DNA of 64,000 nucleotides from Lachnospiraceae bacterium (GTDB lineage Bacteria > Bacillota > Clostridia > Lachnospirales > Lachnospiraceae). The translations under genes were made by a program, and so were the position numbers. The DNA lies in NCBI GenBank assembly GCA_011959105.1, contig BLLU01000197.1:6350-70349 (forward strand), read 5' to 3'. Below, one piece after another: positions 44,599 to 52,488 of the stretch; within the stretch, counting starts at the first letter, position 1; each line of letters begins with the position of its first letter. The notes below the pieces were generated by a model that saw only the letters and a list, made by a program, of their open reading frames with translations, had not been told where the DNA came from and made no database searches.

Positions 44599-44827
44599 AT
44601 TTCAATCCCGCCTTCCACCTCATGCATTTTTGTTACCAAATATGAACCAATACCGGGTATCAACTCCTATTTTGCTGGTTATGCTTTTTATCGCAAACAA
44701 AGCAGTTGTGTATACCCAGTCTCAGGAGTAGAATTATAATCTAAAGTACGTTTGTGTTTATGGTATTTCCGGTCAAGAAAAAAAATCCGTTTTGTACTAA
44801 AATGATATTCAGAAGGGGGGGACGCAT

Positions 44828-46396
44828 TTGAGCAAGTCTAACGCAATCAATGGCTCCATCGACTTTATTGAAAGCCGTTTGACCGAAGCCATAGATCTAG
44901 CTGAGTTGGCACAGCAGACATTTTTCTCGAAAACGCATTACCAACGGCTGTTTCGTGCCATTGTTGGCGAACCTGTGATGGAATATGTAAAAAATCGTCG
45001 GTTACAGCTTGCCTGTCGTGATGTGCAGGCAGGAAGCATCGGAATTTTAGATATTGCCCTTAAATATGGCTATGGTTCTCACGAAGGATTCACCCGGGCG
45101 TTTAAGGCGTACTTCGGCGTAACCCCCTCCGAATACCGTAAATGTAGTAATCCAAACGAAACGGAGGCAGACGTAATGTTATCGAACGAACTATTAAACA
45201 GGATTGGACAAAATGCAGAAAAAACTTCCGCAATACTAAGCAATTTCATCGAGGAAGCGGAAAAGCTGGTTTCTCTCACAAATAAAACGGCAGAGTCAGC
45301 AGGTGAGAAAGGCGCGGCAGCGACCATTGTCGCTAATGGGTTGAGTCATCTTGCTCAGCGCATGGGACAGCTTAGGAATGAGGCTGTAAGGAACTTGACA
45401 GCAGGGGGTAGGTCCTCTTTTGAAATGTTTGACAGGATATATGCCTTGATCCGCTGCATTGACGACGGGGTTTTCCAGATGCATCTGCTGCGCTTCTTTT
45501 GCGGCATTGAAATGGGGCGCATTTCCCCGCCCAAAGACCAATTTGAGGCGATTGATGCAGACTATGCCAAGTTATGCAGTGAATTTGCGGGCAATAAGGA
45601 ACACATGATTGCCTTAATGAACGAAGCGGTTGAACTGCTCAATGAGGACATTAAGCAGGAAGCTGCAAATTGCATGGAAACCTGTATCAAAGAGGTGAAC
45701 AAAGCCATTGAGATCGGCGAGAGCACTGCGGCCTCGGCACATGCCGCCGCCAAATCGTTGAACCACCGCGGCAGAGCATTCTTTCATATTGCCAAAGAGG
45801 TAAGCGCAGGCATAGACATGTTAAAAAATGTGACCGAGGATTTCAATATTCTCCAGGATAATGCTCTCCAGAATTTATCAACTGCCCTTTCTCAATTAGC
45901 CAACATTGTTTACAGTATGAACATCCATGGTTTCAACGCTTCCGTTGAAGCCGCCAGAGCAGGCAATCCCGCCGAATGCCTGGCTGCCGCCGAAAAGATA
46001 GCGCAATTTACGGAGGTTTTGCAAACCACTTACCGGCAATGTGAAACTCTGTGCAGCGAATATGGGCGCCTAACGGAATTAACAAAACGAAACGGCCCGC
46101 AATGTAAGCAGGCTCTTACCGAAAAGCATATTGATGACATCCTTTTTCAAAGCAGAATCGTATCGTCACAATTCGCGCTCGAATCGGAACGCATCAATCG
46201 CGAAACATTCCGTGCTCTTGCTCAGACTGCCGTTACAGCCGACACAAATTTGATGAAAACCCGGAATGTCGCAGAATACCGGGAAGCTATTGCAAAATTC
46301 CTTCAAGCATTAAACAGGGAAATTTCCACATTGGAAATTGGCGGCAGTTTTGCCTATTTGGCTAAGGAATATGAGAACTTTCTGAAACACATTTGA
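44828..46396 (+). CDS. Soluble AraC-type HTH domain fused to a long helical domain with a degenerate MCP-signalling hairpin
   Basis: Residues 1-105 form an AraC HTH pair (TFFSKTHYQRLFRAIVGEPVMEYVKNRRL...ALKYGYGSHEGFTRAFKAYFGVTPSEYR). Residues 369-379 are FNASVEAARAG, the chemoreceptor tip motif. Residues 313-325 are HRGRAFFHIAKEV, resembling GRGFAVVAxEV. No TM segment is visible. Confidence 0.75.
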   Translation: MSKSNAINGSIDFIESRLTEAIDLAELAQQTFFSKTHYQRLFRAIVGEPVMEYVKNRRLQLACRDVQAGSIGILDIALKYGYGSHEGFTRAFKAYFGVTPSEYRKCSNPNETEADVMLSNELLNRIGQNAEKTSAILSNFIEEAEKLVSLTNKTAESAGEKGAAATIVANGLSHLAQRMGQLRNEAVRNLTAGGRSSFEMFDRIYALIRCIDDGVFQMHLLRFFCGIEMGRISPPKDQFEAIDADYAKLCSEFAGNKEHMIALMNEAVELLNEDIKQEAANCMETCIKEVNKAIEIGESTAASAHAAAKSLNHRGRAFFHIAKEVSAGIDMLKNVTEDFNILQDNALQNLSTALSQLANIVYSMNIHGFNASVEAARAGNPAECLAAAEKIAQFTEVLQTTYRQCETLCSEYGRLTELTKRNGPQCKQALTEKHIDDILFQSRIVSSQFALESERINRETFRALAQTAVTADTNLMKTRNVAEYREAIAKFLQALNREISTLEIGGSFAYLAKEYENFLKHI

Positions 46397-46416
46397 TCCG
46401 GAAATCCACAAAATAC

Positions 46417-46456
46417 CCTCCGCAGCAACGACGAAAAACGTTGCTGCGGAGGTTTA
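46417..46456. terminator. Bidirectional intrinsic terminator
   Basis: 14-bp stem CCTCCGCAGCAACG / CGTTGCTGCGGAGG followed by TTT. Confidence 0.6.
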
Positions 46457-46463
46457 AATAAAT

Positions 46464-46754
46464 TCATCCAATATCTTCCGGGACCATGCTCTCCCAGCGA
46501 TGCCTTGGGCAGGCGTTTTTGTTCATGGCGGCCCTCAGTTCCACATAACAGCCGCAGACACGGCACATGCCTTCCAGCAGCAAGTCGCAGTCCTTGCATA
46601 CCGCAAGCCGTTCCTCGTAGACCGCTTCCGGCGCTTTTAATTCCGGTTCAATATTGGCTATATATTCCTGCAGATTTTTAAAATATTCCTCCTGACCTGC
46701 CATTTCCCTTGTCAGGCATTTCCGGCAATATCTCCGGGATTGGGAATCTTCCAT
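46464..46754 (-). CDS. Small Cys-rich protein (DUF6171-like)
   Basis: CRKC...CKDC...CRVCGC...ACP arrangement in 96 aa. Confidence 0.55.
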   Translation of the reverse strand: MEDSQSRRYCRKCLTREMAGQEEYFKNLQEYIANIEPELKAPEAVYEERLAVCKDCDLLLEGMCRVCGCYVELRAAMNKNACPRHRWESMVPEDIG

Positions 46755-46896
46755 CTTATCATACCTCGCATATCCTTTTCAAACCTTCTCATTTCTCCAA
46801 ACGGCTCACCGATTACCCCAAGCTCCCCATTCGGAATGCACCATACAAAAAAAGCAGGAACGTCTGTCTTACGAGACTTTCCCGCCTTTTCCGCAA

Positions 46897-46970
46897 CGTG
46901 CGTTAGAGGATTCGAACCCCCGACCTTTTGGTCCGTAGCCAAACGCTCTATCCAGCTGAGCTAAACGCAC
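46897..46970 (-). tRNA. tRNA-Arg (anticodon ACG)
   Basis: Minus strand GTGCGTTTAGCTCAGCTGGATAGAGCGTTTGGCTACGGACCAAAAGGTCGGGGGTTCGAATCCTCTAACGCACG. The acceptor stem is GTGCGTT/AACGCAC, the anticodon loop is CUACGGA, and the T-loop is GGTTCGAATCC. CCA is not encoded. Confidence 0.9.
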
Positions 46971-47027
46971 ATTCGCTGCAGGTTCTCCCTGCAACATTGA
47001 TTATTCTACTAAGTTTTACCGCAAATG

Positions 47028-48497
47028 TCAATAGTTTTTTCTAATTTTTTTCGTTTCTTCGTTCAAATTCTCCACTATAGCGGTTACTTCAGAAACCATT
47101 TCGCTGTTTCGCTCGCAGGCCTCATAGGTCTCGTTGGAATGGGCCGACACTTCCTCCGTGATGGCGGAGATGGTCTGAATGCTCTCTACAATACCGGCAT
47201 TGGAGGTATCCAGGCTTTCCACTGTCTCCCTCATGGCGCTGGTCTGCATACTGATTTCCTTTGTCCTCCCGGCAATCCTTTCAAAACTGCCCAGCACCCT
47301 GCTGGCTGTGACGGCATGGGATTTATTGCTGTCCGTCACCAGGTCAACGGCCGCGGACACCTCTTTCAACTCCGCATTAATGTTATGGATCAATTCCGTG
47401 ATGCTGACGGTGGCAGACTTGGTCTGGTTGGCCAGGGAAGAAATCTCCCCTGCCACCACCGCAAATCCTTTTCCCGCGTCTCCCGCTCTGGCCGCCTCGA
47501 TACTGGCATTCAGGGACAACAGGCTGGTCTGGTTGGTGATGCCGGTGATCATCTCAATAATGGTATTCATCTTCTCCGTCTGCGCATTCAGATCCTCCAT
47601 CCTGCTGAGCACGGTATCATTGGCCGCTATGGACTTTTGTACCTGATCTGCCATGGCGTCTATATCTTTCCGGCCCTCCCGGATCATCTCTGCCGCATCG
47701 TCCACGCCCCGGTCTATGGTCTCCGCATTCTCCTTTACCCGGGCGATATGCTCTTGAATCTCCCCGGTGCGGGCCATCTGCTGCTGTACGGAATCCGCCG
47801 TCTCCGTGCTGCCCTGAGTCACTTCCTTCATGGAGTCCTTGATATGGATAACCGACTGGTCCAGCTTCTCCATTTTCTCCGTCACCTGCCCGATTCCCTG
47901 GCTGATCTGCCCTGCCAACTCCAGGGTGTCGCTGAGCATCTGGGTGGACTTATCCTTCTCCGCGTTCAGATTAGCCAGCTTCTGCTTGTTAAGTTTGTTC
48001 AGACTCATGGTGGTCATAACGCAGAAAACGGCAATCAGCGTAATGCTGGCCACCCGGATCTCCACATCCGCAATCTGTTCGGGCGCATAACCCACCGTCA
48101 CGGCCACATATACAATATCCAAAATATTAAACAGGCAGAGAGTTCCGCCGAACAGGGCCGTATAACGCACGTCCGAGTACAGGAGCAGTACCACGAACAT
48201 GGGGATCGCATATACGAAATTGGTAATGCTGTTGGCCGTAAAAATTGCAAATATATACAGGATGCCATAACACACGGCTATGATATGCATAATGAGACCG
48301 CTGTCCGGATTCCTTTTGTACAGCACCCATTCCACGATCACGGGCACAAGACATATGGCTGCAAATATGCATATGTACCCCACCGTCCTGGCGCCCTTGA
48401 GCAATTCCACCAGGTAGGCCAAGGCAAGCACCGCATCAATTATTGTATGGCACACCACAGCCATTCGGTTGATATAAGCCTTCTCTGACAGTTTCAT
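47028..48497 (-). CDS. Methyl-accepting chemotaxis protein with a polytopic N-terminal membrane domain (paralog 1)
   Basis: LLSLNASIEAARAGDAGKGFAVVAGEISSLANQT. About 6 hydrophobic helices at the N-terminus, and no periplasmic domain. The start is ATG 48497 behind GGAGG. Confidence 0.85.
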   Translation of the reverse strand: MKLSEKAYINRMAVVCHTIIDAVLALAYLVELLKGARTVGYICIFAAICLVPVIVEWVLYKRNPDSGLIMHIIAVCYGILYIFAIFTANSITNFVYAIPMFVVLLLYSDVRYTALFGGTLCLFNILDIVYVAVTVGYAPEQIADVEIRVASITLIAVFCVMTTMSLNKLNKQKLANLNAEKDKSTQMLSDTLELAGQISQGIGQVTEKMEKLDQSVIHIKDSMKEVTQGSTETADSVQQQMARTGEIQEHIARVKENAETIDRGVDDAAEMIREGRKDIDAMADQVQKSIAANDTVLSRMEDLNAQTEKMNTIIEMITGITNQTSLLSLNASIEAARAGDAGKGFAVVAGEISSLANQTKSATVSITELIHNINAELKEVSAAVDLVTDSNKSHAVTASRVLGSFERIAGRTKEISMQTSAMRETVESLDTSNAGIVESIQTISAITEEVSAHSNETYEACERNSEMVSEVTAIVENLNEETKKIRKNY

Positions 48498-48696
48498 TTT
48501 CAACCTCCTAAATCATTCCCTTTAAAGGAAAGTGCAATTCTTTCATTGTTATAACACATTTTCCGCAAAAATAATATGTCAATTTTGTCTTTTTTTCTGC
48601 TATTTTTGTCTGGCGGGAATCAGCAAAACAAATGCCGGGAAAACCCCTTTGAGGCTTTCCCGGCAATCCCGCACCGGCTTATGTATGCATCACGGC

Positions 48697-50166
48697 TCAA
48701 TAACCTGCCTTTATCTTCTTTGTTTCCTCGTTCAGGCTCTCCACGATGCCCGTCACCTCCGTTACCATGCCGCTGTTCCTCTCGCAGGCTTCATAAGTCT
48801 CATTGGAATGGGCCGACACCTCCTCCGTGATGGCGGAGATGGTCTGGATGCTCTCCACAATGCCGGAATTGGCGGCCTCCAGACTGTCCACTGTCTCCCG
48901 CATGGCGCTGGTCTGTCGGCCGATGCTCCCTGTCATCTCCGCGATCTGCTCAAAACTGCCTCGCACTTCCCTGGCCGTGGCCGCATGAGACTTGTTGCTG
49001 TCGGTCACCAGGTCGATGGCCTCAGACACTTCCTTGAGTTCCGCATTGATATCCCGAATCAGTTCCGTGATACTGACGGTGGCGGACTTGGTCTGGTTGG
49101 CCAGAGAGGAAATCTCCCCCGCCACCACCGCGAAGCCCCTTCCCGCCTCCCCTGCCCTGGCGGCCTCGATGCTGGCGTTCAGAGACAGCAGGCTGGTCTG
49201 ATTGGTGATGCCGGTGATCATCTCAATGATGGTGTTCATCTTCTCCGTCTGTACGCTCAGATCCTCCATCCTGCTGAGCACAGTGTCATTGGCCGCTATG
49301 GACTTTTGCACCTGTTCTGTCATGGCGTCTATATTTTTCTGCCCGTTCCGAATCATCCCCGCCGCATCGTCCACCCCCCGGTCTATGGTCTCCGCATTCT
49401 CCTTTACCCTGGCGATATGATGCTGTATCTCCTCGGTGCGGACCATCTGCTGCTGTACGGAATCCGCCGTCTCCATGCTGCCCTGGGTTACTTCCTTCAT
49501 GGAACCCCGGATATGTAATACCGACTGGTCAAGCTGCTCCATCTTCTCCGTCACATGCTCAATCCCCTGGCTGATCCGCCCTGCCAGCTGCAGGGTACTG
49601 TTGAGCATCTGGGTGGACTTATCCTTTTCCGCGTTCAGATTGGCCAGCTTGCCCTTGTTCAGTCTGTTTAAATATACAGTGGTCATAACACAGAACAAAG
49701 CGATCAGGATAATGCTGGTGGTGCGGATCTCCACATCCGCGATCTGGTCAGGGGCATATCCCACCGTAAGCGCCTTATATACCACATCTAATATGTTCAT
49801 CAGACAGAGCGTCCCACAGTACAGAACACTGAAACGCACATCAGAATACAGGAGCAGAACCACGAACATGGGAACCGCGTACACGAAGTTGGTGACGCTG
49901 TTGGCCGTGAAAATGGTAAATACATATAATATGCCATAGAACACGCCGATCAGATGCATAATGAGACCGCTGTCCGGGTTCTTCCTGTACAGCAGCCACT
50001 CCATCACCACCGGCAGAATACACAATGCCGTAAAGACACATATATAGCCCACAGTCCTGGTACCCTTGAACAATTCCAGCATATAGGCCAGGGCCAGCGC
50101 TGTGTCGATGATGGTGTGGCATAAAATTGCCGCCTTATTGATGTACGCCTTTTCTGATACTTTCAT
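48697..50166 (-). CDS. Methyl-accepting chemotaxis protein (paralog 2, tandem duplicate)
   Basis: LLSLNASIEAARAGEAGRGFAVVAGEISSLANQT. Same architecture as paralog 1 and very similar throughout. The start is ATG 50166 behind GGAGGGG. Confidence 0.85.
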   Translation of the reverse strand: MKVSEKAYINKAAILCHTIIDTALALAYMLELFKGTRTVGYICVFTALCILPVVMEWLLYRKNPDSGLIMHLIGVFYGILYVFTIFTANSVTNFVYAVPMFVVLLLYSDVRFSVLYCGTLCLMNILDVVYKALTVGYAPDQIADVEIRTTSIILIALFCVMTTVYLNRLNKGKLANLNAEKDKSTQMLNSTLQLAGRISQGIEHVTEKMEQLDQSVLHIRGSMKEVTQGSMETADSVQQQMVRTEEIQHHIARVKENAETIDRGVDDAAGMIRNGQKNIDAMTEQVQKSIAANDTVLSRMEDLSVQTEKMNTIIEMITGITNQTSLLSLNASIEAARAGEAGRGFAVVAGEISSLANQTKSATVSITELIRDINAELKEVSEAIDLVTDSNKSHAATAREVRGSFEQIAEMTGSIGRQTSAMRETVDSLEAANSGIVESIQTISAITEEVSAHSNETYEACERNSGMVTEVTGIVESLNEETKKIKAGY

Positions 50167-50490
50167 TTTTATACCCCTCCGCGCGCTGCTGCGCGCACTT
50201 AAATTAATAGTTGAATACGCATTTTTATTCAACCTTTCCCCTTCTTTCATAAAATCCATTTCTCTGCGGCCTGCGCAAATACGTTATCTTATGTAGGATA
50301 ATACCGTTTTGGAATGCACGGTTATGCTATCTGATTTGTAAATAGTACTTTTGCATTATATCACACTTTTATAAAAAAAACTAGAATAAACAGGAATATC
50401 TCTGTTATTTTTTGAGGAATGTGCTATAATGGTAAAGGCATTTCAGAGCCGGGCTGCCCCCCGGCAAACCTTAAAAATAAAGAGTCTGAG

Positions 50491-50510
50491 AATATGCGGA
50501 ACTAAAACAT
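50491..50510 (+). repeat. TAGTTCCGCAT-family core, copy D
   Basis: aatATGCGGAACTAAAACA sits immediately before the SD GGAGG of sufC. Confidence 0.6.
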
Positions 50511-50520
50511 GGAGGTATAT

Positions 50521-51255
50521 ATGCTGCAATTAGAGAACCTCTCCTTCCAGGTGGCGGACGCGTCCGCCTCTCAGAAAGAGATTATCAAAAACCTGAATCT
50601 CACCATCGGCGATCACCGCTTCATCGTGATCACCGGGCCAAACGGCGGAGGCAAGTCTACCCTGGCCAAACTGATCATGGGCATTGAAAAGCCCACCGGC
50701 GGCCGTATCCTTTTTAACGGACAGGATATCACGGAATTTTCCATCACCCAGAGAGCCGGAAGCGGTATCAGTTTTGCGTTCCAACAGCCGGTACGCTTTA
50801 AGGGAATCAAGGTCAAGGACCTGATCACCCTCTCTGCGGGAAGCAGCCTCTCCACCGCCGGGGCCTGCGAATATCTGTCCAAAGTTGGTTTGTGCGCCCG
50901 GGACTATATCAACCGGGATGTGGACGCCAGCCTGTCCGGCGGGGAACTGAAGCGCATTGAAATCGCCACCGTCCTGGCCCGGAACACCCCTTTGTCGGTG
51001 TTTGACGAGCCGGAAGCGGGCATTGACCTGTGGAGTTTCAACAATCTGATCAAGGTATTTGAAGAACTGCATGACACCGACACCCACCGTTCCCTGCTCA
51101 TCATTTCCCACCAGGAGCGCATTCTCAATATCGCGGACGAAATCGTGGTGATCGCCGACGGCCGGGTGAAGGCCCAGGGGCGCAGAGAGAACATCCTGCC
51201 GGAACTGCTGCAGGACACCGGCAGCTGCCGTTTTTATCAGGAAGTGCAGGAATAA
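50521..51255 (+). CDS. sufC: SufC-like Fe-S cluster assembly ATPase
   Basis: Walker A GPNGGGKST, signature LSGGELKR, and Walker B VFDEPEAGID. Confidence 0.85.
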   Translation: MLQLENLSFQVADASASQKEIIKNLNLTIGDHRFIVITGPNGGGKSTLAKLIMGIEKPTGGRILFNGQDITEFSITQRAGSGISFAFQQPVRFKGIKVKDLITLSAGSSLSTAGACEYLSKVGLCARDYINRDVDASLSGGELKRIEIATVLARNTPLSVFDEPEAGIDLWSFNNLIKVFEELHDTDTHRSLLIISHQERILNIADEIVVIADGRVKAQGRRENILPELLQDTGSCRFYQEVQE

Positions 51256-51300
51256 TATTATGCGGAAAACGCGTGAGATTCTATTTGGGAGGTAAGTGAG

Positions 51301-52218
51301 ATGGACGCAATACAGAAAGAATTGCTTAATCAGGTGGCGGGACTGCACGAGATGCCCGCCGGCGCCTATAACATCCGCGCCGACGGCGAATCCGTGGCCC
51401 GAAGCACCACTGCCCATATCGACATAGTCACCAAGACGGACAAACCGGGCATAGATATCGTGATAAAACCCGGGACGAAAAACGAAAGCGTGCACATCCC
51501 GGTGCTGCTGAGCCAAAGCGGATTGACCGAGATGGTCTATAACGATTTCTACATCGGGGACGACTGCGACGTGACCATCGTGGCGGGCTGCGGTATTCAC
51601 AACAGCGGTGATCAAATGTCCCGGCACGACGGCGTGCACAGCTTTTATGTGGGCAAAAATTCCCATGTGAAATATGTGGAGAAGCACTATGGTTCCGGCG
51701 AAGGCTCCGGAGAGCGGATCATGAATCCCCAGACCGTGGTGGAACTGCAGGAAAACAGCTTTATGGAACTGGAGACCGTGCAGATCCGGGGGGTGGATTC
51801 CACCAAACGTTCCACCCGGGCCACCCTGGGGGACGGAGCCAAGATCATCGTCACCGAAAAACTGATGACTCACGGGAAGCAGTATGCAGAAACCTCCTTC
51901 GACGTGGACTTAAACGGAGAGGGCTCCAGCGCCAACGTGATTTCCCGGGCAGTGGCCAGGGACGATTCCCGGCAGCTTTTTCTGGCCAAAATAAACGGCA
52001 ACAACCGCTGCGCGGGACATTCCGAATGCGATGCCATTATCATGGACAATGCCAGGATCAGCGCCGTTCCGGAGATCACCGCCAACCATCTGGACGCGGA
52101 ACTCATCCATGAGGCCGCCATCGGCAAAATCGCCGGGGATCAGATTATCAAGCTGATGACCCTAGGACTGACGGAGGCCGAGGCAGAAGCCCAGATTGTC
52201 AACGGCTTCCTGAAATAG
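51301..52218 (+). CDS. SufB/SufD-family protein (short, 305 aa)
   Basis: Beta-helix SufBD core pattern (SRAVARDDSRQLFLAKING...AELIHEAAIGKIAGDQI). Confidence 0.8.
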   Translation: MDAIQKELLNQVAGLHEMPAGAYNIRADGESVARSTTAHIDIVTKTDKPGIDIVIKPGTKNESVHIPVLLSQSGLTEMVYNDFYIGDDCDVTIVAGCGIHNSGDQMSRHDGVHSFYVGKNSHVKYVEKHYGSGEGSGERIMNPQTVVELQENSFMELETVQIRGVDSTKRSTRATLGDGAKIIVTEKLMTHGKQYAETSFDVDLNGEGSSANVISRAVARDDSRQLFLAKINGNNRCAGHSECDAIIMDNARISAVPEITANHLDAELIHEAAIGKIAGDQIIKLMTLGLTEAEAEAQIVNGFLK

Positions 52219-52240
52219 CCCGATTGACCTGTTAAGTCAA

Positions 52241-52268
52241 GGGGGCGTCTCTTTCTGGAGACGCCCCC
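52241..52268 (+). terminator. Hairpin after the suf pair
   Basis: 11-bp stem GGGGGCGTCTC / GAGACGCCCCC. The T-tract is weak. Confidence 0.5.
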
Positions 52269-52322
52269 CTATCCTGTCTGCTCCGAAATGCTTCTTACAT
52301 GCCCGCCTTCTTTCTGCGCGCC

Positions 52323-52488
52323 CTAGAGCGTGTCTGAAAATTCATTCCCGCCATCTGCACGCCCCACTTTGCGTGATATTTGCACCAAATTCAGGTTACA
52401 TAGCCCGCTATGCGCCCTTCATTTGGCACAAATCTCCCACAAATTGTGACGCACATCTGTCAGAAAGCAATTTTCAGACACGCTCTAG
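52323..52488. repeat. 166-bp MITE-like element with perfect 20-bp terminal inverted repeats
   Basis: CTAGAGCGTGTCTGAAAATT at 52323-52342 and its exact reverse complement AATTTTCAGACACGCTCTAG at 52469-52488. Inner arms are also partly palindromic (tgcgtgat...gtgacgca, atttgcaccaaat...atttggcacaaat). Confidence 0.6.

Noticed and set aside
44150-46970. Clean tRNA-Arg-linked genomic island with att repeats
   Set aside because: I could not find a direct repeat of the tRNA 3' end at the distal border, and there is no integrase. Only a compositional patch is reported.
47025-49518. Plus-strand ORFs 47025..48488 and 48532..49518
   Set aside because: They are antisense to the two MCP genes. The MCP tip motif LNASIEAARAG fixes the true strand.
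50530-51873. 447-aa minus-strand ORF
   Set aside because: It is antisense to sufC and sufBD, which carry Walker A, signature and Walker B motifs.
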